This document shows, one piece after another, positions 11,965 to 24,873 of a DNA stretch of 64,000 nucleotides; position 1 is the first letter of the stretch; every line of letters starts with the position of its first letter. The DNA is from Octopus sinensis (taxonomy: Eukaryota), in the NCBI RefSeq assembly GCF_006345805.1, contig NC_042997.1, forward strand, positions 141,670,001 to 141,734,000, read 5' to 3'. A model generated the notes under the pieces. The model did no database searches, was not told the origin of the DNA, and worked only from the letters and a program-made list of their open reading frames with translations. The position numbers and the translations under genes are program-made.

Positions 11965-12212
11965 CGGAAGGAATGCCAAAAGGCCTGAAATTTTGTACGA
12001 AAGGGACAAGACGTTTAAATCGACACCAGAGCTCAGCTGACAAAGATAAAGTAAAAAGTAAAGTTACCTTCTCAAACTATACTGACTCATAAGAGCCGGT
12101 TTCCCGCTTTCCATGGCGTATACATTACGGAAGGAATGCTACTAAGCATTTTGTCCGGCATGCTAACGATTCTGAATAATGCATATTATTATCGTTGTTG
12201 TTGAAACTTTAG

Positions 12213-12269
12213 TGGTTAGTCTTCATCATCACTACGACAGTCATCGGCAACCACAGTATGGTCTGACTG
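12213..12269 (+). CDS. Candidate symmetric phase-1 micro-exon, (V)VSLHHHYDSHRQPQYGLT
   Basis: aactttAG acceptor, CTG|GTAAGT donor, 57 nt, open frame. The 3' end cagtatggtctgactg resembles cagaatggtctgcaag of the 34152-34190 candidate. Confidence 0.33.
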
Positions 12270-12427
12270 GTAAGTATAACTGTAAGATATCATTAGCGAA
12301 GAACGTTCGACACGAAAGGAAAAACGTGAAGACTTCAAAGTGAAGTTGCTGCGTTTGACTAGCGATAATTTGCATCTTAACTCGCTAAAAATATCTCTTT
12401 CTTTCTCTCTCTCTTTCCCTCTCACTC

Positions 12428-13200
<773 letters not shown>

Positions 13201-13437
13201 ACCGAGAGACATAAAGAAATGGAAGAAGAACGCGAGAGACAGCAAGTGAGTTTTAATCATGGTACTGCAAAGTCTCATTTCGTATTCTTCTCCAAGAATT
13301 GGTGAAGAGATTCTTGAAACATCTAGATGTACTACTGTTTCTTTTATATGCCAACGATATGAAAGAAATACCAGAATTCGATTAATTGCAGGCAGAGGAA
13401 CGACTTCAGTATCACACCAATTTAAATTCCCTGCATG

Positions 13438-14048
13438 TTATATATATTATATATATATATTATATATTATATATATATATATATATATCTATATATATAT
13501 ATATATATTTGTATTTGTACAAGTGTGTGCGTGCGTTAGTGTGTGTATGCATGTAAGTAATGTATGTATACGCATCTATGCATATATGCATGTATCTATC
13601 TTATATATATATAGGTGTATATGTATATATACATACATATACACACACACAAAGAGGTTTAGATGTAGATATATATATACACAATACACATGTATGTATA
13701 TTTCTGCCTATATAGATAAAATACATATATGGTGCCGTGTACATGCGCATACATGTATATACATTACATACATATATATATATATATATATAATATATAT
13801 AATATATATATATATATATAATTATAATATATATAATATATATATGAATAATATACACACACAGATAAACACAGACACATACGCACACACACACGCCCAG
13901 ACACATGTAAAGGAAGTACAGAATCCAAGGGGACTGTTGGTGACGGGGCAGATCCATTGGTAAGAACTGCCGTTATAGTATCAAAGTAAAATTACTCTAG
14001 TCGATACGCTGTAAGGGAAGACATCTCTTGGAACACGACAGACAGATG

Positions 14049-14087
<39 letters not shown>

Positions 14088-14089
14088 AC

Positions 14090-14188
<99 letters not shown>

Positions 14189-14242
14189 AATTTAGATATC
14201 CAGATATATACAGAAATACAGATATAAATTTACATATACACA

Positions 14243-14309
<67 letters not shown>

Positions 14310-14680
14310 TCGCGCGTATGCATGCCTCCACTGGTATATAGATTTCATGTAGTTTAACTGTAAGTAACTTAGAGTTAGAATTATAATCCTGTGTCCAATG
14401 CATTCGACTTTTTCAGAACTAGTAAATTAAATTCGTATGAGTGACGAGTGTTGAATGTAATGAAATAGAAATAAAGAAGGGAAGAAAAGAGGACGGAAGG
14501 GCAGAAGAACGACAGGGCGGAAGGAGAAAATGTGTCAAAGGAACGAAAGGGAAGAGAATGGGAAGGGGGGGGGAAGAAGAAGAAGAAGAAGAAGAAAGAA
14601 GAAGAGAAGAAGAAGAAGAAGAAGAAGAAGAAGAAGAAGAAGAAGAAGAAGAAGAAGAAGAAGAAGAAGAAGAAAAAGAA
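13438..14680. repeat. Microsatellite-rich stretch: (TA)n, (GA)n, (GATA)n, (GAA)n
   Basis: Read directly; (GAA)n at about 14574-14688. Confidence 0.95.
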
Positions 14681-15069
14681 GAAGAAGACAATAACGATGA
14701 CTATGTTGAAGAAGGAGAAAACGGGGAGGTGGAGAAGGATTGGTTGTAACGGAATGTTAAAGACATTGATGTAGCTGTCTGGAATTATGACTTGGAGAGG
14801 CGTTGCCAAGAATGGCATGGTTGCCTTGACGAGTGATGTTTAGGAAAAGGAAGAAGTTCTTCCCAGAATAAAGAATGAAGAAATCGACAGTAAGATGTTA
14901 GTATTCGGAAGAGATTGAACGCAAATATATTGTGAATCTGAAAGAAGATAACAGAAGAAGAAAAAAAAACTAAAGAAAAATCAATGCCGAAAGAAAAATA
15001 ACTGAAAATATGGTTTTCTATAAACGTGTAATAATGAGGAAAAAATTGACTATTAACACTAATATTGAT

Positions 15070-15480
15070 TTCAAATTTTGGCACAAAGCCAGCAAGCTCT
15101 GGGAAGTGGGTAAGTCAATTACATCAACTCCAGTGCTCCACTGGCACTTATTTTATCGACCCTTAAAGAATAAAAGGCAAAGTCGACCTCGGCAGAATTT
15201 GAACTCAGAACTTAAAGACAACCGAAATGGCGCTATGAATTTTGTCCGGGGAGCTAACGGTTCTGCTAGCTCGCTGCCTTATTACCCCTTAATATTAATG
15301 TTAATATTAAGGGGCTTTCATTTGTCTTCATGCTCTGAGTTCAAATTCCGCCGAGATCAACTTTGCTCTTTTTCCTTTTGGGGTCGATAAAATAAGTACC
15401 AGTTGAGCACTAGTGTTGATGTAATCGACTTGCACCCTCCCCAACAATCGTTGTCCTTGTGCCAAAATTTGAAACAATAT
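15070..15480. mobile_element. Two SINE family A copies in opposite orientation (15070-15280 minus, 15325-15480 plus)
   Basis: Family A core motifs on opposite strands. Confidence 0.75.
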
Positions 15481-15500
15481 TAACAATATAAGGTTATAAG

Positions 15501-15825
15501 GTGGAGGCGCAATGACCCAGTGGTCAGGGCAGCGGACTCGCGGACTCGCGGTCGGAGGATCGCGGTTTCGATTCCCAGACCGGGTGTTGTGTGTTTATTG
15601 AGCGAAAACATCTAAAAGTTCCACGATCTCCGGCAGGGGGTGGTGGCAACCCCGGTTGTACTCTCTCGCCACAACATTCTCTCACTCTCTCTTCCTGTTT
15701 CTTGAGTAACGCTGCGATGGACTGGCGTCCCGTCCAGCTGGGGGGGGGGGACACATACGACAAAGAAACCGGGAAACCGGGCCCATAAGCCTGGTTATGT
15801 TTGAAAAGGGCGTAAAAAAAGCGAA
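15501..15825 (+). mobile_element. SINE head D plus tail 1
   Basis: gtggaggcgcaatgacccagtggtcagggcagcggactcgcgg...ggtttcgattccc...tcctgtttcttgagtaacgctgcgatggactggcgtcccgtccag...gaaaccgggaaaccgggccc. Probable TSD gttataag. Confidence 0.85.
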
Positions 15826-15830
15826 GTTAT

Positions 15831-16035
15831 AAGACGGCGAGCTGGCAGAGTGGTTAGCACACCGGACAAAATGCTTAGCGACATCTCGTCTTTCTTTACG
15901 TTCTGAGTTCAAATTCCGCCCAGATCGACGTTGCCTTTTATCCTTACGAGGTTGATAAATTAAGTACCTTACGGGGTCGACGCAATTGACTTATCCCCTC
16001 CACCGAAATTGATGTGCCAAAATTCGAAATCAATA
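15831..16035 (+). mobile_element. SINE family A
   Basis: acggcgagctggcagagtggttagcac...ttctgagttcaaattccgcc. Confidence 0.8.
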
Positions 16036-16189
16036 AGGGGTTATGAGTGAAGTAGATTTCATAAATAGAATTGGCACTTTTGAAATATTTCGTCTTGATG
16101 TCTTAATTTGCAATATTTTTTTATGTGTTGAAACATAGTTTATTTCACTGAAAACGATTTTAGTAAGTTAAGAATAGTTCATACTTTTA

Positions 16190-16370
16190 TTCTTTTATTC
16201 TTTTACTTGTTTTAATCAATTTGACAGCTGTCATGCTGGAGCATCGCCTTTAGTCGAGCAAATCGACCCCAGGACTTATTTTTTGTAAGCCTAGTACTTA
16301 TTCTATCGGTCTCTTTTGCTGATTGCCGAACCGATAAGTTACGGGGACAGAAATGGGCACCAAAACTGTT
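16190..16370 (-). mobile_element. SINE family B, 3' half
   Basis: cttttacttgttttaatc...catgctggagcatcgcctttagtcgagcaaatcgaccccaggac...gccgaaccgataagttacgggga. Confidence 0.75.
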
Positions 16371-16393
16371 CCTCACCTCCCTACAGTCTAGAC

Positions 16394-16721
16394 CAGTGGT
16401 TCCCAACAGGGGTCCATATGGCCCCTGAGGATCCATATAAGATTTGGGGGTGGTCTTCACAACAAAATTGTAAATTGGGGATCCACAATAGTACTTTAAT
16501 GGACGCTGAAAAAATTTTGGTTTAGATATATGTATTGGTATGAATTTAGCATTTTGTATAGTTCAAACTACAAAAGTTAATGTGTGAATAGCAAAATAGG
16601 AATTTTGAAAGAAGTTTCTATAAAACTAGTTTTGAAACATCAAAATGGCTATGGGGGTCCACCAGAATAAAATAGTAATCAAAAGAGTCCATAGGTAAAA
16701 AAAAATAGTTGAGAACCGCTG
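16394..16721. mobile_element. hAT-Charlie-like MITE
   Basis: TIRs CAGTGGTTCCCAAC ... GTTGAGAACCGCTG. The 8-bp flanks gtctagac / atctatac fit the NTCTAGAN Charlie target. Confidence 0.8.
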
Positions 16722-16732
16722 ATCTATACTTT

Positions 16733-16987
16733 TCTCCTCGTGACTTTGTTGTTCCCTAAGCTGAAGGAGAGCCTCAGCTGCAGTCATTTTGAAGATGAAG
16801 GAGGCTATGACAATGTTCTTGGATACTTTCCCTTTGAAAAACTTCCATGGAGCGTTCACGAGCTGGCTGAAGCGCTATAACAAGCGCACTGAAGTGAAAG
16901 GATCCTTCTTTGAAGGAGCTTGGTGTTTCTTTGAAATTAATAAATGTCTCTCCTGGAAAAGTCTGAATATTTATGGAATACACTTTG
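16733..16987 (+). pseudogene. Mariner transposase 3' end plus 3' TIR, decayed
   Basis: (P)RDFVVP, FPKLKESL, MKEAMTMFLDTFPLKNFHGAFTSWLKRYNKRTEVKGSFFEG, which is the mariner C-terminus. It ends ...ggaatacactttg|ta. Confidence 0.75.
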
Positions 16988-19368
16988 TATTTACATTAAG
17001 TATGATAAATAAATGTCTGTTTAGATTTAATACCGCTTCTATTGCATATAACATATTTATTCGGCCGTGTAGATGTCGGCAATATCAATGACTGTTGTAT
17101 TCACTATTTCCTATGACTCGGAGGAGACAAATCTTGTCTAGGCATAAGGCCAGCTGTGATACAAGTGATTAGTAAGACCCAACTAGTCTCAAATGCATTA
17201 GGCGTTTACGCTAGCTGTTGCTGGGACGACCTTCGTGTTTCTCCCACATATAAATGGGAAAGCAACAATCAAGATAAGGACACCAGTCTAGCTAATGTAA
17301 ACAGTGTACATAATATCAATTCCTCATCGCAAGAACATACAGTTGTATTGTCCAATCGGTACGAGGCCGACATAAGACATCAATGGAGGTTTATGAGCCT
17401 TAGAAAGTCATTCGGTCACTGCCTACGGGCATAGAGTAGTGGATAAAGACTTTGATTAATGCAGTGCAGTTACCTAGAGGTAGTAAACTCAATCTGGGTT
17501 CAGCTATAATATCACATTCGGACTCGAACATCGCATCTACTATCAACCGTATAACTGTGCTAACCACTACAGCAACAATGGCGTTCAGTTCATCTTTATA
17601 ATACAAAAACCCAATCTGTTTCTCTGGGTGTTCCGCAGTTTTGGACTAAAACTTCGTTGTGACGATAAAATGTTTTGACTAATATACTCCTAGATGCAAG
17701 CCCTTTTGCCTAAAATAAATTTCAGTCAATTTCTGAGTCTGTGAGTCTTCAAAATAGATTTATTTTGTTCCTTAGTAAGTTTGTGAGTCTTCCAAATAGA
17801 TTTATTTTGTTCCTTCGTAAACTGACACGTTAAGAAAACTTGCTGCTTTTGCTGACGATGGATAAAGAGAAGATAAAGCTCGCGTGACGCAGAAAGACAC
17901 GTAAATACAAAAAAAAAACACATACGTAAACACATACATACATAAATACATACATTACATTACATTACATTATATTACATTACATAGATGTCTTAGACAT
18001 TTAGATCAAACAGGTCCACATCCGCGCGCCCACGCAGCTTTAAACTTGTGGTGAACAAGTGAAGAATAAATACGTTAGTTTGTCTACAAGTTATATCTTC
18101 ACCAATTTCTCCTGCCTTCGCAAATGTATCACGTGTGTGCGTCTGTGTGTCTGTGCGTGTGAGTGTGCGTATGTATGTGTGTGTGTCTGTGTGTGCGTGT
18201 ATGTGCATGCGCGTTTGTGTATGTATGTGTGTTGCATTTATTTATTGTATTCACAGTATGACAAACATTGACTGATTCTGTAAAACATTATTTCATTCTC
18301 CTTCTCTAATTCTATTTTATTCACTGTAACTCTTTCTCCCCCTCTCACTTTCTCTCTCTCTCCATTTCTCTCTCTCCTCATTTCACTCTCTTCTCTCTCT
18401 CTCTCTCCCTCTCTCTCCTTCTCTCTCTCTCTTTCTCTCCCTTTCTCCTTCCAACACAGAAATTGTCTTTAAAATGACTAAAGCAGTGTCAAACTAAAAC
18501 CAAACAAAAATGTGTAGTGTACAGAAATAACTTGGCGACCCCTAATGACCGGAACGAATAAGTAATTGCTTCGAAATCGTTATTTATCGAAAATAGTTGT
18601 TTGATGTGCCCACTCCTCCATTTTATCAAATATTGAAAACGGAAATTTTCAAAGTAAATAAAAGTAATTTTATTCATCTTGTAATATACATTTAAGTCTT
18701 TTTGGAAGAGCAATACATCTCCATTCATAAAATTCTCTTCTGAAAACATTCAAATGAATCGTTTTTTAATTTACTTCCTTAATAAGAAACGTCTAATTTT
18801 CGGCAATGCTAAGTTCAATGAGTAAATGACGGTGTTCAGAAATGAAAAGTAAAAAAAAAAAGAAAGAACAGCAGTCTATAACAATAACCTATGTTAAACA
18901 TTTACTCTATATTATTCAGGTTAACCAAATAGTTTATTTTTATACCTTCCTGCGTATTGTAAGATTCAGTTTTATTGACGCCGCTTTCGTCAAAGAGCAT
19001 ACAGACGCACACGCACACACGCACACACACCCACACCCACACGCATACACATATATGTACGCGCAGGCGCTAACATATAAGTATGTATCATAGATATACA
19101 CGACACGCACATAGCATTCACATTGGCAGTGGCACCCAGTATTGCCCAATGCGATGGAGGGGACACGGAGGCCGTTGACACTATATACATATATATGGAT
19201 TGAGAGGGAGCGAGACAAAGAGTGAGACAGAAATTGATACATAGATACAGAAATAAAAATATACACACGCGCGCGCACACATATATATGTGTGTATCTGT
19301 GTATGTATAGAGAAAAAGGAGATGTGTGTATGTATGTATATATATGTATAATATAGTATATGTGTGTA

Positions 19369-19469
<101 letters not shown>

Positions 19470-19999
19470 AAGCGATCTTTGCAAGTAAGTGCAAGCATAC
19501 TCTATATGTGTGTGTATAAATATATATATATATATATATACACACACATACATATATATATAAATATAAATATACACACACACATACATATATATATATA
19601 AATACATGCATATATATATGTGTGTGTATGCATGTATGTATCTTTCTATCTATGCAAGTATGTGTATGTATGTATATATCACGTTCTGTATCTCTCTATA
19701 CATCTATATATATACGCATGTGTGTCGAATGTGTGTGTGTTTGTGTGTGTGCGTATGTGTGTCTGTGTTTGTGTATGTCTATGTGCGTGTGATACACACT
19801 CGCACGCACGCACCTGTATGAGTGCATATGTGAGCGTGTGTTCATATGTATATTTGTGTGTACACGTAGCGTAGATACCCTACAATAGCAAGATAACATG
19901 GTCTTTCTAAATCCGTCAAACAAAATAGAGCTCCAGGTTGGTCTTCTTACTACATGCATTCATGAACAATAACTTCATTAGACGTTTGAACTAAACCAG

Positions 20000-20570
20000 A
20001 GATCCAACTGACCGATCAATGATTCATTCCATTCTCCAAGATAACAGTGGCAAACGTTGTTCTTGCTCTCTGCTTTTAAAAGTTTGTATTCTGTTTATTG
20101 GGATGGTTCCAAATGTAGCGTCTGTACGTACAATATATTTAGTCTGGAGCAAAATGCTCCGTTTCTAAAGTCGGAATCTTGGCAACAGTCATAGAGACAA
20201 TATAAAATGAGTAAAAATATTTGTACACTTGTACAACGATGTCTTGTGGAGGAAGCATAACTCTGAATTTTGGTGGGTTTTTAGACTGTGTAGATTTTAC
20301 AGACAGCTATTTTTTTTTAGCCGAAAACTATCTTTTGTGATGTGGGATATTAACTGAGATTTTTAGCAGCCTTTGCTTCATTAACTGTGATAATTCTGAT
20401 AGATTTCTTTTGAAGTAGATTCAGTTGTCTGAATATTCTCTTGGGAGCATTCATCGAAACTATATACTTATCTATGCTCTGTATGAATCCAGAGATGGCT
20501 TTTCCTTCGTTATTAAGTTAGTTCGTCATTTTGCACAGCTTTCTTCTAATCTACCATGCATTTCTTTTGC
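20000..20570 (-). mobile_element. Possible decayed CR1/L2-group LINE 3' region
   Basis: The minus strand gives LNLLQKKSIRIITVNEA, resembling the LQKKAIRII motif that follows the RT. Otherwise heavily decayed. Confidence 0.35.
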
Positions 20571-20591
20571 GTGTTAGTTGCATGAATTTTA

Positions 20592-20828
20592 AAGGCGGCG
20601 AGCTGGCAGAAACGTTAGCACGCCGGGCGAAATGCGTAGCCGTATTTCGTCTGCCGTTACGTTCTGAGTTCAAATTCCGCCGAAGTTGACTTTGCCTTGC
20701 CTTTCATCCTTTCGGGGTCGATACATTAAGTACCAGTTACGCACTGGGGTCGATGAAATCGACTTCATCCGTTTGTCTGTCCTTCTTTGTCCCCTGTGTT
20801 TAGCTCCTTGTGGGTAGTAAAGAAATAG
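20592..20828 (+). mobile_element. SINE family A, near consensus
   Basis: aaggcggcgagctggcagaaacgttagcacgccgggcgaaatg...gtagtaaagaaata. Confidence 0.9.
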
Positions 20829-21333
20829 TTGTATGAATTTTTCTATAGCAAAATCTTAACTGCTTTTTCATTTGCAGTTTATAATTCTCAATGATTCGTT
20901 TATGGTTTAATGATTTTTTATTTATTTGATAAACCATTCCTTTTATTCTTTAATGGCTCATATATCACCTTCCAGTCATACGATCGGAATTGTCAATAAC
21001 ATTAATTGCCTTTTGGAAAGTGAATAAAAATCATTCATTATAAATATAAATATAGAACCTGTAAACTAGCAGACAGACAGACCTGAAGCAAGCCTGGAAA
21101 AGAAACGGCATGTCATTGATGAGGTCGCGAATGACGACGATAGGACTTTGACAAACCTTACGCTGATTAATTTCTTAACCGAAAGATTAATCTAACAACC
21201 GATTCGTTAACTGGTTAAATGTTAACGAATTGACTAATAATAATAAAATAAACGAAATAGAAGCAGCAGCGCATGTATATTCATAGACACAACGACTCGT
21301 CGGAAATACAATTATATATATATATATATATTT

Positions 21334-21651
21334 AGTATATAATTATAAAACTATAATTATAATTGAGGGCGCTGGAACCCCATCACATATTCGCTAGAAG
21401 TAGATGTCAAAAGTCTACAAGTCACTCTAAATTTGTTCTCTGTTTACAACCCAAGGCCGAATGTGAGGTACTGAGCAAGAAGATTTACAAATTACTGATT
21501 TGACATCTGCTTCTAGCTGTCCAGCGTCCTTAATTATAATTATATTTTTATAATTATATACTTAAGAATTAATTTTACCGATATTGCGTTTTTGTTTTTA
21601 TACGCTAGCCACTGATATAATCATTTTAATGATTATATCCTCAATTTATAA

Positions 21652-21655
<4 letters not shown>
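21334..21655. repeat. Imperfect foldback (21334-21562) plus one-sided extension inside (TA)n
   Basis: 21334-21376 pairs with 21520-21562 and 21393-21411 pairs with 21499-21517. The extension contains the hairpin gatataatcat-ttta-atgattatatc. Confidence 0.8.
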
Positions 21656-21686
<31 letters not shown>

Positions 21687-21689
<3 letters not shown>

Positions 21690-22320
21690 GGTGCGATGGG
21701 TAAATTGTCACCATTTTATATTTTTTATTGCGCACATGCGCATTATTTTTTTGTTTTGCTTTTTTTTTATTTGGTGAACTACACAGTATAGTAGGTCCAG
21801 TTGCGCACCGCCTGTGAGAAAAACAGCACCATGATGCAATTTACTCTGCTATAAGTTTGGAAACGACATGCTGTACTGCTTGGCATTCGCGCCGGAAGCT
21901 CCAATACGAACATTTCAGAGTGTTTTGGTGTCAATCTGGCAGAAACGTTAGCATGCCGGGCGAAATGTTTAGCAGTATTTCGTCTTTCTTTATGTTCTGA
22001 GTTCAAATTCCGCCAAGGTCGACTTTGCCTTTCATCCTTTCGGAGTCGATAAATTAAGTAACAATTGTGTACTGGGGTTGATCTAATCGACTGCCTTGTG
22101 CTTAGAGTAGAAAAGGACTGAGAACAGTGCAATCTGCAGACGTACTGAGAGTGATAAAGATCAAACATCCAGTCAATATCATGGTGTTTGGAGTGATCAC
22201 TAGTGATGGTTACTTTATGCCTCCAGTCATCTTCCTACATAGCCTCAGACTCAACACGGAGGCCTACATCAAGTTCATGGAGGATGTAGTACTACCCTGG
22301 GTCAAGAGGGTTGCCAACGA
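21687..22320 (+). mobile_element. maT-like (Tc1/mariner) transposon, internally deleted, interrupted by SINE A (about 21937-22118)
   Basis: TA|CAGGGTGCG start; MMQFT, WKRHAVLLGIRAGSSNTNISECFGVN, LRTVQ, then KIKHPVNIMVFGVITSDGYFMPPVIFLHSLRLNTEAYIKFMEDVVLPWVKRVA. Confidence 0.8.
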
Positions 22321-22429
22321 TTTCAACACATGGTAGGCGAGGAAGAAGAGTTTTTGAGGACAATTGTGTGATCTGATAAAGCACAATTTAAGATAAATAG
22401 AACAGTGAACTGATATATTTGTGTTTACT

Positions 22430-23002
22430 GAGCACCAGAAAATCCTTGCTTGCATGTGGACAAAGCAGTCATTGTGTAGAGGGCCATCAGGTTTAATAGG
22501 ACCATTTTGCTTTGAAGGTATTGTCACTGGTCAAGAGTACGTAGGCATGTTATGCATATCCAATTGCATTTTATGGAAATTATGAACTTTTCTTTCAAGA
22601 TGGTGCACTACTGCCAAGGTATGTGAATTAACCTGGATGAGAATTTTCAAGGACATTGGATGGGACTAAGAAGTGTGGTTAAACTCCTCACATGTTCTCC
22701 TCATTCAACCGCTGCAAACGTTTTACTTATGGGGCACCCTACACTGATGGCTCACCAGTAAGAAATTGAAACAGCATGTGCAGCCACCCCACTTGACACT
22801 TTGGCTAATTATGCCCAAGCAGCAGTTCACCATACTAATAAGTACCTGGAAGCTAATGGCCACCACTTTGAGCACCTCTTGTAATTGTAGAGGTTTAAGG
22901 TAATTTGTATTTATCATGCGATGTCTGAATAAATTTAGTATTAAAATATTTCTACACATTTTTCATTTCTGGAAGTGTGTATACATTTTTAGGTGGGCTC
23001 TG
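22430..23002 (+). mobile_element. rosa-like (DD41D-type) Tc1/mariner transposase 3' fragment, decayed
   Basis: GLIGPFCFEGIVTGQEYVGML, FFQDGA, LDENFQGHWMGLR, KYLEANGHHFEHLL*; ends gggctctg|ta. Confidence 0.65.
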
Positions 23003-23189
23003 TACGTACGTATGCATGTATGTATGTATGTTGTATGTATGTATGTATGTATGTATGTATGTATGTATGTATGTATGTATGTATGTATGTATGTATGTAT
23101 GTATGTATGTATGTATGTACGTACGTAAGTATGCATGTATGTATGCATGTTGTATGTATGTATGTATGTAATGTAGGTACAAAAGTTTG

Positions 23190-23750
23190 TGTCAGGTCAC
23201 TTTCGAGTGCTACTGGTAACATTTAACCCAGTACAACCTGTTGCATGGTCGGGTCGTCGGCAACTAAACCGGCAACCCCACCAAGCTTGCTTGGTGAGGA
23301 AGGTGTTTATTGGACACCCTGCGGGATGAAAAACAAAACCCGTCAAAGGGCGGAGGAACTCCTGAGAGTCAACGGCCATCCAATAAATGTCTTAAGGCTG
23401 TATCATGCGCGGGGACATAAAAATAATCGGACTGAATACCCGATCGCGCGGTTAAACCATTGGGAGTGAAGGACTCCGAGCCTCTGTTAGGGCATCCTTC
23501 TAGGAGAAGGTAATTCAGGTAACTGGGATAACTCCGACATAAAACCTGCGGCTCAGTAGTTACCGATGAAGTTGACTCGTTCTTCTTTTCGGATTATGGC
23601 TGTTGTTGCTTAGTGAGTGAGATTGACTCAGTGCACAGCCTTTCCTCACTTTAAGAAAATCTTCTTGCACAAGCATTGCACGATAACAACATTGATTAAG
23701 CTTCGTGCAGTGGCCATACTCGATAACGAGGGGGCAGCCACCATGTACAA
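23190..23750 (+). mobile_element. Probable 5' leader of an RTE-clade LINE between (TATG)n tracts
   Basis: GC-richer and rich in hairpins. gggcatccttctaggagaaggtaa (23490-23513) followed by aaaacctgcggc resembles RTE 5' UTR motifs as I recall them. Confidence 0.45.
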
Positions 23751-23893
23751 AAGTATGTATGTATTATGTACGTATTATGTGTGTATGTATGTACATATTA
23801 CGTATTATGTATGTATATATGTATGTATGTATGCATGCATGTATGTATGTATGTATGTATGTATGTATGTATGTATGTATGTATGTATGTATG

Positions 23894-24531
23894 TATTAGG
23901 GATAAAAACTCGAAGGGAATGAAAAATAAAATCATTTACCATCTATCTCCTGGACCATGGTTTCAGACTATTTTTTAGCAAATAAAATAATTTTCTAGGC
24001 GAAGTCTTCATCAACAGGTACACCTAGATTAAAAATATAAGTACGAAGCAAATCCAGCATATCCCTCTTGTTTATACATTGTAATTTTTCAAATCTACCG
24101 CGCAAGTGCAGTTTTTTATCGGCAGCAAAAAAATACCGGCATTCCTTAGAACAATTTTCCAGAAAAAAATATCAATAATTAATAATATGAGGGTAATAAA
24201 TATTTTAGAAATTTTTACTACCTGTGGCCTAGCGTGTAGAAAAATTAACCAATAGACTATATGTTATTAATATAAATACAGTGTACATTTAAACACATAA
24301 GAGGTATCCTTCATAGGACTCCTTTCACGCTAGAAGGAACAGCTAAAGTCCAAACCACTATTAGGGATAAAAACTCGAAGGGAATGAAAAATAAAAACAT
24401 TTACCATCTATCTCTTGGACCATGGTTTCTGACTTTTTTTTAGCAAATAAAATAATTTGCTAGGCGAAGTCTTCAACAACAGTTACACCTAGATTAAACA
24501 TATAAGTACAAAGCAAATCCAGCATGTGCCT

Positions 24532-24532
<1 letters not shown>
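23894..24532. repeat. Direct duplication of about 174 bp (23894-24067 and 24359-24532)
   Basis: tattagggataaaaactcgaagggaatg...gcaaatccagcat occurs in both copies with few substitutions. Confidence 0.9.
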
Positions 24533-24598
<66 letters not shown>

Positions 24599-24773
24599 TG
24601 AGGAAAAGAGGGAAGGTGAGGAGGAGGAAGGGGAGGAGGAGGAAGCAGAGAAAAAGAAGAGAAGAAGAAGAAGAAGAAGAAGAAGAAGATGATGATGATG
24701 ATAACATGTTCCTCTCATTTATGCTACCCGTATTTGCTAGATATAAAATATATATATATATATATAGATATAG

Positions 24774-24815
<42 letters not shown>

Positions 24816-24819
24816 CACA

Positions 24820-24872
<53 letters not shown>

Positions 24873-24873
<1 letters not shown>

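Noticed and set aside
13921-13968. Candidate micro-exon before G|GTAAGA
   Set aside because: No polypyrimidine tract upstream of the AG, and its phase-0 end does not fit the phase-1 chain. 44913-44950 was rejected for a weak donor.
15501-15590. tRNA-like A and B boxes at SINE heads as real tRNA genes
   Set aside because: No complete cloverleaf, and each continues into a SINE body; they are SINE heads.
17740-17820. Short local tandem or direct repeats (42 bp x2 here; also 200-260, 36367-36505, 37018-37068 and 41175-41428)
   Set aside because: Ordinary slippage-type duplications with no further structure.
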